Shown here piece after piece: positions 13,422 through 26,300 of a DNA stretch of 64,000 bases. Below the pieces are notes generated by a model. The model saw only the letters and a list, made by a program, of their open reading frames with translations, had not been told where the DNA came from and searched no databases. Source of the DNA: the human T2T-CHM13v2.0 reference genome, Homo sapiens; assembly GCF_009914755.1 (NCBI RefSeq), contig NC_060928.1. The stretch is one strand, 5' to 3'. Every line of letters begins with the position of its first letter. The stretch's first letter is position 1. A program made the translations under genes and the position numbers.

Positions 13422-15399
13422 TCATCCTTGGAATTTCTTCAATCCTTCTGAGATTCCTCATCATCATGAAATGTTCTATATACTATATTTAAGAAACAAA
13501 GTAGCCCCCTTCATTTTAAAAATAAATCCAAGTATAAAAAGACCTTGAAAGAACTCATTTATCTTTTGCTACACCTTTATAGAGTACTTTCATAGCTCTG
13601 TCACCAATCCCTTGGTAAAAAAGAAGTCGAAACCTCTGGAATTTGAGCTTAAATTCTCCTGTAGATGATTCAGGAAAGCATGCTACAAACCTTATAATAG
13701 ATAATAAGATTTAAGTTAGTTTTCATAACACAGCTGCATAATAAAATATATATATATATATATGTATGCACTTGCTTTTATATAAATAATTCACATAAGA
13801 ATTCAAGCATATGTGTCAAAGGCGTGATTGGGAATATGTTTCCCATTAAGCATTTTGCTGGGGTCAATGAATTCAGGGACTTCATGGGAAGGTTCACAGT
13901 CATTGTGCATCCTTGCCAATATCTCTCAGTTGACAATAAAACACAACTGAAAGGCTTTGGTTTATTCACTGGCTGCAAACAGAAATTTTCTGAATGTCCT
14001 CTGGAGTCTTATACAAGTCTCCTCTGGTATTATGCTGGAAAAAAAAATCTGACTCCATTTATTTTACTATTGCTTGAAAATCTGAAATAATTTTTCCTTG
14101 ACAGCTATCCAAGAAAATAGGGACAGTATTTTGCACAATAACAGTAATGCCACCAGTGGTTTCAAATGTAGTAGACTCAAAAATCCCTCTCTTATTACAA
14201 TTATAGATACATCATCCAGTTAGTATCCTATAAATTTGGATCATAAAAATATGCTCAATACACATGCCAAAATACTTTCTTTAGAAGGTATTTAGACAAG
14301 TTCTTGATTACAAACAAGAAAAAAGAAGAAAAGGAAGGAAGGAAGAATAAAAGCAAGCAAGGAAGGAAAGAGAAAAAAATCAAATAATTGAAGGGGAAGG
14401 GAAAAAGAAATTAAATAATTGGTGATAACACTAGGTTTTATGCTTTTGGTCTTAGCACTGTGAAAAAAAGGTAGAATATTGAACCAGAAAACACCGAATT
14501 TATATCTACAATTTCATTGACATGTATTCCATATCTACTGTAATAGCAATTAACATATTTTTCACTGATATAATTTTCAAGAGATTTTGACTCATTAAGA
14601 TGGGTAATTAGCACTCGATATTAATAAGTATATTTGTAATCCAGGTATAAGTAATTGCAACAGTCAGTTAACTTAATAATCACTCCATTCTGCACAAGTC
14701 TCCAGATTTTCTGAGCACATAACTTTGGAAGAGCACTTTAGAAAATAAATTTCTCATTTCTAGTAGCCTAAGTGACTCTCACAGAGGTGCAATTTTTAAA
14801 GAGTGTACATAGAATCAATTAAGATGTGCAGAATTAGTAAGGTGTATGATTTTAGTTCTAACGATGCATGAAAATAATTTTGGGCATTTGTTTGATAAAT
14901 GTTTCACAAATGGATTTAAATGCCTTATATACTTTTTAAAAACACATTATTAAGCAAAGACTAAAAAAAGGTTTTCACAAACTTTTAAAGAGGAAAGTGT
15001 CACCTTCCAAACCTTATTTTTAGATACTCTGAGTATGAGTCACTGCTGAATTTTGCATCCAAAACCTCATGAGCAAAATTGGCTATAAATTTCATCTTAT
15101 TTTTCTTATCTTTTCTCTTTCAGAAATATTTTTGAATGGTTCCCAAGTTATTCTTGTCTAAATCCACCATTCTCCTGTACATATTCTGCCTCACAAAATA
15201 AATTATAAATATGGTTGACAAATAATGGCATCTATTTTTAACTCAGCCCTAATCAATACTGAAATTGTGTTACCATCACTGAATGGGCACCTGCTTACTA
15301 GTATTGTGGTGTCAGTGGCATTGCTTATATTTATTAAGCACCACTACTGTCCAGGAACTCTGCTGGGGGCACAGAGGCAGGGTGGAAAAATCCTAGGAT

Positions 15400-15610
15400 A
15401 TAGACTAGTCAGATAGACTTGGATTCTGAAGTTAGCTTCTTCATTTACTAGCTGTGAGCATGTTAAGTCACTGGGGTTTTCTTGAGATTTTTTGAAACTT
15501 AGTTTCCTTATCTTTAACATATTTTAAATTCTACACAGATAGGAGAGTCTGAAGATAAATAAAATGTACTACTTAAAGTGTTTTCCATGAAGTAAATATT
15601 CAAATATTAG
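15400..15610 (+). mobile_element. MIR SINE fragment
   Basis: AGTCAGATAGACTTGG...CATTTACTAGCTGTGA...AGTTTCCTTATCTTTAA is the MIR core. Confidence 0.55.
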
Positions 15611-16176
15611 TTCTAGCTCATTCCTGCTTTCTACTTTTTCTCGATTTTATCAGTTTCTTTCTTTTTCGTGATTATATTGCAGAGGTTTATAGATTTTCTC
15701 ACTTTCTACTTATATACTTTTTATGAACTCAAGAAAAGCCAGAGAATGTTCATTCTATCTCAAGGACTTTGCTCTTAAAGAGATTTCTACATTTCCTCCT
15801 GAATTGTCACTACTGTGGTTCTGTGGTCTACATTGAATGTTTGTTTGTTTTAATTTTGCACTTTCCACACTCCATGTGTTTCTTTGCAGCATGAAGTTTT
15901 CCTCTATTCCACTTTTTTTCTATGCTCCACATTTATGCTGAATAAAGTACCTTTTTGGAATTCATCTTCTACTTATCAAAGTGTTTTAGGCCATATAATC
16001 TAAGGAAAATCCCATGGCTTCCTAGTCAATGGAATTGACTAGCACTGCTTTCTTGTTCTAGTGATTCCCCTGACTACATAGAAAAACTATGTTTGGCTTT
16101 TTCCTATTCCCTTCTGTGGGATGCGAGTTGTAGCTAATTTTTAGAACATGTTTTCCCCAATGGAACAATACAGTAA

Positions 16177-16514
<338 letters not shown>

Positions 16515-17699
16515 GTGCCTTAACATTTTTAATGGCTATGTATATATGATGAGTAATAATTAAGACCATCTTGATCTATAAAACTTTCTATTATTTGCTA
16601 TTACAAACATCACTAAATGTCTGTTAAGCTTATGCTAAATGTTTGCACATATTTAAGAATGTTAGTTGTCAATTGAGAAAGTTCTCCTTTATTAAGGATA
16701 TTTATCTTATTTAATATATTTTCAAATTTTTTTCCAGATTGTCTTTTGTCTCCTTGGTTGATTTTGTCTTTGCTGTTTTTGTGATTTGTTTTATTTCATG
16801 TACTCCTGTGGCAAATGCTTTTTATTCCTGTCTGTCAATATTTTCTGTAATATTCAATTTTGGAATACCATTAATATCCTTCTTAATTAGGATTATTTAA
16901 ATTTTTATCACATATAGAGTTCTAGTAATATCATAGTTTAATTTTTAAAAATTATTTAAATATTAAGTCTACCCAAATTAATTTCATTGTATAGTATTAA
17001 GTGGAATCCTAAGTCTCCATGTATTAAGAAAAGCATTTACTATTTTAAATTATCACACTGATTTCAAATGTAGCTTTGAGCAAGTGTGCATGTATGTGTG
17101 TATATATGTGTTTGTGTTCACATAAATATATTTCTCCTTTCAAATTGCTATGTTCTATTTATCTATTTTTTATGCTAATTCTATATCACTTAATTATTAT
17201 ACTTTTTAAATAATTGTTATATATAAACACACTTTACCTCATTAGTATTCATTTTCAACTTTGTCTTCACTATATTCCTGTGTTTTTATTTAGCTATTAT
17301 ATTTGAGAAAATTGATATTTTCACAGTAGTTATACTGTATCTTTCCATTTCCTCAAGTTCTCAGTATTCTTATGTTTTTCTTCATTTAGTTTTAAGTTAA
17401 TTTAATTTTTTCCTATGGCGACTTTTAAAATTTCCTTCTTAGTACTTATTGTTATTATATGGAAAACTATGAATTGTGAACACATGCAGTTATTTTACAT
17501 CTATCAGGAGTCTGAATCCACAGTCAAATTTGTAATAGCTATGACAAATGTATTATACTGCCTTTCTTCACCCTTGCATAACATTGCAGACCAGCTTCCT
17601 CTAAACAGGGAAAACCTGACCCAAAACAACATCTATGTTTTCGCTACAGTTTCAACTCAAATATAAAAGCAAAAAAACAAAACTTTAAACCTAAACACA

Positions 17700-17835
17700 T
17701 TTTGATTTTGAGCAAATTATCTGATCTTTCCATGCTTCAGATGCTTCATCTGGAAAAGAACTTAAGGAAAGTACTGAATTCTTAGTTTATTTTGTTGCGA
17801 AGATTAAAAGGGTCGTAAAGCAAAGCACATACATT
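17700..17835 (+). mobile_element. MIR fragment
   Basis: TTGAGCAAATTATCTGATCTTTCCATGCTTCAGATGCTTCATCTGGAAAA is MIR core-like. Confidence 0.45.
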
Positions 17836-20800
17836 TAAATGTCAATCATTGTTAATTTTGACATTGATATTATTATTAATATTGTTAAGAAAGTCAGAGG
17901 TCATTTTTATTTTCTGTTTAATTGTCCATTTGAATTCATTAAAACTTTTAATTTCAGGAGACAGAAACCTAACTCTCATAACCTCCACTTGAAAAAGCCA
18001 TGGGGAATGAGATCAATAGCTTTAGTAAGATGCTCATCAATTATGTACAGAGGACAATGATCATAAAACAAGTTGGTAGCTTTTATTGGAACAATATTTT
18101 ATTCATTTTTAAAATTATATAAAAATATAAATATATACTTAATTGTATATAAATATAAAATTATGTATTATATAAATAACTTATTTCAGATATTTATCTT
18201 TTACAACTTTCTACTTGTCTTCTGGTATGCAATGTGCTTTTTTTCTAATCTGCTGAATTGAATTCTTAATTCACTTATTTTAATTATTTTTGAGATTAAA
18301 GATATTTAAAACTAAAATTTGAATTTTTTGAATACGGCTATTATGGCAACTCATATGTTTAGATATGAAGAGTTCTCTATACCATTATCACCATAATAAG
18401 CTGAAATTGTAGTCATAATTTTCAGTTTGAAGGAAGAAATGTTTAGGAGCCTAACTTTTTAAAATTTTTAGTCATTTAAAAAGTAATAAGCTGTTATTTC
18501 CAAATTTTGTTGAATTCCTATCATAAATTTTGTCTACAACATCAATCTCTGGAAATATATTGGGGTATTGTGGCATGCCAAATTATTACCCAATGTTCCA
18601 TCTGTAAACATATATTTAGCATTTTTAAAATACATTTTTTAAATTAAAAATTTTAAAATATCAAATTTGTTCAGAATTCTAGTTATTCTGTAGCTTTCTG
18701 GGAATTATTTGAATTTGAGCCTTGCAAGCTTATGACAAGTCAAATAAACTTCCTTATCTTTGTGCCATCCCTCTTTGAAGGAAAGTTCTTTTGATATGAT
18801 AATATCTGCTTTAAATGGCCACTCACCAGCCTACACAGAAAATAGTCATTACAAACTGCATTACCTCCACATCATGACAACGAAAACTCTAAACTCCTTA
18901 TAATTGTGTAAAAGATAATAAATAGCTATAAGTTTTCTGTCTCAAGAATTGTCAGTCTTCATGTTAATCTCTACATGTGTTTTTCCTAACACTCTGAAAT
19001 CCATATTATATAGTCAACATTTTACAAGTGGGATAAATACTCTTATAAGTATTGTGTCATAATATGTGCTAATTCCATATGATTAATCAGGTTGCTTATA
19101 TTCATCCTCAGTCTAGCAATACAATTTGTGACTCAGAAACAAAACAACAACAAAAAAAGTAGCTGCTAATTATATAAAATTGAAACTAGAAAATGTTAGA
19201 TAAACTCAAAACATGTTGTTGATATCCTGGGCTAAGCAATTTTAGTATTAATTATTTACCTTAAGTTATTATTACTATAAAACATATAAATCTAAAATAA
19301 TAAAATCAGTGGTGAACAATTCAGCCTTCTGCTTTATTTTAACAAGTCATCAATCACATTTCTTCTTTCTTAAAAATGATAGTTTTCCTATTGGTGTTTG
19401 TGGATAATTACTATAAATGACTTAATATTACATGATTTAATAGTTTCATGATTTATGATTTAATATTTTGAGTAGTTAGGAAGTTACAGATAGTAGTTAA
19501 CCAACTAATATACCATCAAAGGGCTTTAAGTAGACATTGGCATTCTAAAGCTGACTGTCCAGATATAAATGCTTGTCTAGCTTACTGTCTCTATTCTACT
19601 ACATGTATTTTTTGGTTTATGTATTTACTTTCTTCCCTTCCTCTCATTTTTCTTTTTCTGTCATCAGTTCTTTCTCCTTCATTCTTCCCTATGGAGTCAA
19701 ACTTTGATGTATTTACTGAGGAAATTGTTATATTTTTCATTATTTTTAAAAATAGGTGAGTGGAAAGAAGTTGATATTTTCTTCTATAAAGAGGACCCAA
19801 AAAAGAGTTATCATTAGATGTCATTTTCTGTAAATCATTGATTGTCTACAATCTCTATTAAGGAGAAAGTAATTAATATTCACTTTGCTATACCACCCCT
19901 TTTTGCATTTAAGTCCATTTTGATGGAAATTCTTTCAAACTCAGCTAAATTTTAGCAAAGTATTTTTGTGCTCTCCAAAATTCTTACAGTTGTTTTTCCT
20001 GTGCTATATAGTTAAGAATCATATTTTTCTCATTGTATTCATCAAATTATTCTCCCTTTTGTGCAGATACTTTCCAGCTAGACTTAGGTAACAGTTGACA
20101 AGAAGCACAGCCTATAAAATCCTTTTATACAAGGCTTGAGTTGCTGTTACAATTGCTTCTTTGTTTCAAGACCTCCATGATTCCAGGTTTGCTCCTCCCC
20201 TTTTTCTGTATCATTAAACATTACCTTTCCTTGTAAAAATTGTTTACAGTTACCCTCAGGAGGTACTCTAATAATTTTTAATACTAAAGGTTACTGTCGG
20301 GAGAAATTGTTTCATAGGTAACAAAATATACGCTGAGCTCCCATTGTTATGTGAAAAATATTCCTTTTTATTGTCCTCATATTTTTTCCTCAAATGCACT
20401 ACAAATTTCCTTTATATCATATCATTATAGAGCAGCTTCTTTGATGCAGTTGACAGAATGAAATAAAAATCTTTTATATCTACAGATAGTTTTTGCCTAA
20501 ATTCAACTAAAGTAGTATTTCTTTATTAAATAATGCTTAAGATATTTTAATTAAAATATTTTAATATAATATGCTTCTATGTTTTGTGTAATTGCAACTG
20601 TATCACTCATTTCAGGAATCATAGTAAAATATTAAAATTATAGAACTATAGTTCCTTAATATAGAATACAGTATATTAAAACTCTTTTTTAATATACTTC
20701 TTAAAGTATGCCTTTATTGTAATGCCATTCATGCATCTAGAAATTTTGCTTTTTAGAAATGATTTTATATTCATTACCAAAGCTTAATCTAGACACACTG

Positions 20801-23398
20801 GGAAACCTATGTAAATGTGATTTAAGTTTAATAATTGATTGGATAACTTTATTAGGTATATCCCTAAGGATCAAGGGCAAGATGTATAAGGTAATTTTTA
20901 AAAACTTAATTATTATTCCTATTTTTTCCAATTGAATTTTTTTGTATCAGGTAGTGTGTCAAATTTTCCAGTAGTATATGCTGTATAAATATCTAACATA
21001 AAGCTGTCAGTCTTGTTTTTTGCTTCTATGATAGACTCTACTATCTGTGAGACATTCTCATGGGCTACTATAAAGATAAGGTAAATTTCGGATTGAGTGT
21101 AATTTCTCTTCACTATCTGTAACTTTTTCTCATAACTGAGTTACAATTCACCATAATATGTGGTTATGCATATGCAGTTGAGTTGTCCTAGGATATCTCA
21201 TAAATTCTTCTAGAGTATCCTAAGTACTCAGTTACGTATTCTAAAGTTCCTTTCAGAACTGAGTCTCTTCACTACAACCAACTGAACAGGTATATTGGAA
21301 ACTACTTGAAAATCCTCCTACAAAATTGGACAAATTGGATCTATTTGTGGTTTTGCTTGCTGATGTACAAATTGACAGTGGCAGATGCCTAGGGATTCAT
21401 TGAGGTGGGAGTGTACCACGGCAGAAATAGATTGCTCATTTGCTTGATGGATAGACATAGAAAAGCAAGCAGTGTACAAAGATTTCCCTAAAGGTGACTG
21501 TTGTTTATGGCTGTGGGTGTGAATGGAGGAATCACTTTGTCTGGCTTAGTGACTTGGCTGCTGAATTGGAAGCAATAACTGCTATGCTGGGCAGAAGATT
21601 TAGAGATGCCGTGTACCCTCTGCTTCTGCTCTTTTAACCAAGAAAGAATCCATTGAACCCAGAACAAAATACAAATTTACATTTCTGTAGTGACAATATG
21701 GCATAAATTAGGTCACCTGAGAAATGGAAAGTTTTCTATTAAATGTGTAATAATAAATATCTTCGTGCCATAATGATAGTTTCCTATCCTTCTATTAAGT
21801 TTGGCTTCACCTTGAAGGCTTTCAAGGCATTTCTCCATGAAAGTTCTGCCACAAATCTATGAGTATTATAAATAGCTAATCTTAAGGAATCAATGTTTCT
21901 CATAAGGGCTACTTAATGGCTTAGAAATCATAGTAGTGGTATCACTTGACTCAGATATGATTGCTTACAAGATATAGACTCCATTTGGATTCAACTGGAC
22001 TAATTTTAATATAGATCTGTTCTACCAGTTCCTAGTTACTCAGGAAATGTAGTAATGTGTGCTTTATACTGCATACAAGGAGCTATCAATCCATCTGTCT
22101 TTTAAAAATTTGGAACATTAGAAAAATAAATTCTATCTCATCTTCTCATAAAATTCTAGCCAACTCTTGATTTAGCAGTTTTAGATCTCTTGAGATGAAA
22201 AGATTTTCAAGACTTCATTAAATGTACAAAATAATTGATAAAATTTTACTATTTCAAATGTTATTTTTCCAAAAGTATTTCAAATTTTGTTGTTATTACA
22301 TACCATTCCCTTTTTCCACTGATGATTCGGTTAATTAATTTCTACTACCACCCTCTAAAAATGAATAATTGCTTGATAGATGCCCTGAAGCAATTTGTGC
22401 ACGCCTTTTAATACCATATATTTTATTGAATACATGGTCCCTGGATTTTCTATTATTCAAATTATGTACATACATACCTTTTAGGCACTAAAGTGCTGAT
22501 AATTTATAGGTATAATTTTAAGTTAGATTTTATATATGACAACTCTATATGTGAAAGTGGGAAATGCATTGAGTTACAAAATTTACAGTTAACTTGTTCC
22601 AGTCAGGCTAGTAATGGAAGTAAGGAATATTTCATTTATATATATCAAAAATGAGATAATTATATGTTTTATATTTTATTAAATAATAGACTAATAAAAT
22701 AGTATCCTATAAAAAGAGATAAAACACTATTCTTTTCTTGAAAAATGTGTTTTGTGAAGGTTTCAGATAAGCTCTTCTTTGCATAGCTATAGATGTTAAT
22801 AAAAATGTTTTTAGTATAAGAAAACTAATGCCTTTTTCTTTAGGGTTTATATATATATTATGATATATGTATACATGAGATATGCATATATTCTTGTGTA
22901 TGTGTTTCCAAATAACGAGAAAATTAGCCAGGTGCATACCTATTGTCTAAACATTTTACTATTGAATTAAAAATCCTATTGTTAAACTATGAGAATACAT
23001 GTTTTCACTTTGTGTTTTACTGCAAACTATTCTATAGAACTTCAAATTATGAAACTATAATCCAGTGCAAGAAACCAATGTCATCTGTATTGACAGAATT
23101 ACATCAAGTGTAGAATTCAACTTAAATTAAGGTGAACTGTAAACTGTTGAGTGGTGAGGAAGGTGCCTGTGATATCACTGTATTCCTCAAAATGTGGTTA
23201 TACACAATAAGCACGTAATACATATTTTTATGAACATATTGAATTTGGGATGATATTATGCATCTTTTCTTCTGCAATAACCCATGTGATAGTAAATCTA
23301 AAGGGAAAGGTTAAAACAATTCACCAAATATGCCATGAAAATAAACTATGTTTGAATAAGACACTTCAAGTAGCATGTAAGCCATTGGTATAAATATC

Positions 23399-26300
23399 TA
23401 ATACAGTTTGGCTCTGTGTTCCCACCCACATCTCAGCTGGAATTATAATCCCCATGTGTCAGAGGAGGGGCATGGTGGGAGACTTATTTATAATATCTAT
23501 ATAATATTTAATATATATTTATATTTTATTTGATTTATTTAAATTTAATTTATTTAATGTTATATATCTCATATACATATTTATAATTATGGGAATGGAT
23601 TTTTCCCTTGTTTTTCTTGTGATGGTGAGTAAGTTCTCATGAGAGCTGATGGTTTTAAAGTGTGGCAGCTCCCCTCTCACTCTCTTTCCCCTGCCCCCAT
23701 GTAAGATGTGCTTTGCTTCCCCTTTGCCTTCTGCCGTGATTGTAAGTTTCCTGAAGCCTCTCCAGCCATATGGAACTGTAAGTCAATTAAACCTCTTTCC
23801 CTTACTAATTACCCAGTCTAAGGTAGTCTTTTATAGCAGTGTGAAAATAGACTAATAGAGAAAATTGGTACTGGAATTTGGGGGCACTGCTATGAAGACA
23901 CCTGAAAATGAGGAAGTGACTTTGAAACTGGGTAACAGGCAGAGGCTGGAACAGTTTGGAGGGCTCACAAGAAGACAGAAAGATGTGAGAAAGTTTGGAA
24001 CTTCCTAGAGACTTGTTGAATGATTTTGACCAAAATGCTCATAGTGATATAGACAATGAGGTCCAGGCTGGGGTGGTCTCAGATGGAGATGAGGAACTTA
24101 TTGGGAACTAGAGCAAAGGTCACTCTTGCTATGCTTTAGCAAAGAGACTGGCAGCATTGTTCCCCTGCCCTAGAGATCTGTGGAACTTTGAACTTGAGAG
24201 AGTTGATTTAGGGTATCTGGCAGAAGAAGCTTCTAAGCCGCAAAACATTCAAGATGCGACCTGGCTTTTTCCTAAAGCATACAGTCATATGCTTTCATAA
24301 GCATGCCAACTCAAAAAGAGATGGTCTGAAATTGGAATGTATGTTTAAAAGGGAAGCAGAGCATAAAAGTTTATAAAAATTTACAGCTTGACCATGTGGA
24401 AGAAAAGAAAAACTGATTTTCTTCCTTTTAAAAATTTAATTTAATTTTAAATTCTGGGATACATGAGTAGGACATGCAGGTTTGTTATATAGGTAAATGT
24501 GTGCCATGGTGGTTTGCTGCACCTATCAATGCATCACCTAGGTATTAAGCCTCATGTGCATTAGCTAATTTTCCTGATGCTCTCCCTCCCTCCACCCCCC
24601 AACAGGCCCCAGTGTGTGTTGTTTCCCTCCTTGTGTCCATGTGTTCTCATTGTTCAGCTCCCAATTATAAGTGAGAACATGTAGTGTTTGGCTTTCTCTT
24701 CCTGTGTTAGTTTGCTTAGGATATGGCTTCCAGCTCCATCTCTGTTGCTGCAAAGGACATGATCTCATTCCAGTTTTTTGGCTGCATAGTATTCCATGGT
24801 TTTTACGTACCACATTTTCTTTATCCAGTTTATCACTGATGGGCATTTGGGTTGATTCCACGTCTTTGCTATTGTGAATTGTGCTGCAATGAACATATGC
24901 ATGCATGTGTTTTTATACTAGAATGGTTTATATACCATTGGGTATATGCCCAGTAATGGGATTGGTGGGTCAAATGGTATTTCTGGTTCTAGGTCTTCGA
25001 GGAATCACCACACTGTCTTCCATAGTGTTTGAACTAATTTACATTCCCACCAACAGTGTAAAAGCATTCCTATTTCTCCATAGCCTCACCAGCATCTGTT
25101 GTTTCTTGACTTTTTAATAATCACCATTCTGACTGGTGTGAGATGGTATCTCATTGTGGTTTTGATTGGCAATTCTTTAATGATCAGTGATGTTGAGCTT
25201 TTATTCATGTTTTTTGGCCACATAAAGGTTTTCTTTTGACAAGCTTCTCTTCATATCGTTTACCCAGTTTTTAATGGGGTTGTTTGTATTTTTCTTGTAA
25301 GTTTGTTTAGGTTCCTTGTAGATTCTGGATATTAGACCTTTTTCAGATGGATAGATTGCAAAAATTTTCTCCCATTCTGTAGGTTGTCTGTTCACTCTGA
25401 TGATAGTTTCTTTTGCTGTGCAGAAACTCTTCAGTTTGATTAGATACCATTTGTCAGTTTTTGCTTTTGTTGCAATTGCTTTTGATGTTTTTGTCATAAA
25501 AATCTTTACCTGTGCCTAAGTCCTGGAGAGTATTGCCTAGATTTTCTTCTAGAATTTTTATAGTTTGGGGTTTCACATTTAAGTCTTTAATCCATCTTGA
25601 GTTAATTTTTGTATAGGTGTAAGAAAGGGGTCCAGTTTCAATTTTCTCATATGGCTAGCCAGTTTTCTCAGCACCATTTACTATATAGAGAATCCTTTCC
25701 CCATTGCTTGTTTTTGTCAGGTTTGTTGATGATCAGATGGTCATAGACGTGTGGTCTTGTGGTCTTATATCTGAGTTCTCTATTCTGTTCCATTCGTCTG
25801 TGTGTGTGTGTTTATGCCAGTACTATGCTGTTTTGGTTACTGTAGCCTTTAAGTATAGTTTGAAGTCAAGTATCACGATGCCACCATCATTGTTCTTTTT
25901 GCTTAGGATTATCTTGGCTATATGGGCTCTTTTTTGGTTCCATAGCAATTTTAAAGTAGTTTTTTCTAATTCTGTGAAGAATGTTAAGGTAGTTTAATGA
26001 GAATACATTGGATCTATAAATTACTTTGGACAGCATGGCTATTTTCGTGATATTTATTCTTCCTATCCATGAGTGTGGAATGGTTTTTCATTTGTTTGTG
26101 TCCTCTCTTATTTCCTTGAGCAGTGGTTTGTAGTTCTTGAAGAGGTCCTTCACTTCCCTTGTTCACTGTATTCCTAGGTATTGTATTCTCTCTGTAGCAA
26201 TTGTGAATGTGAATTCATTCTTACTTTGTCTCTCCGCTTGTCTGTTGCTGGTGTATAGGTATGCTTGTGGTTTTTGCACATTGATTTTGTATCCTGTGAC

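Noticed and set aside
16530-18720. Very AT-rich stretch with hydrophobic ORFs
   Set aside because: Probably highly decayed L1M or low-complexity DNA. I cannot assign it reliably, and the ORFs reflect base composition.
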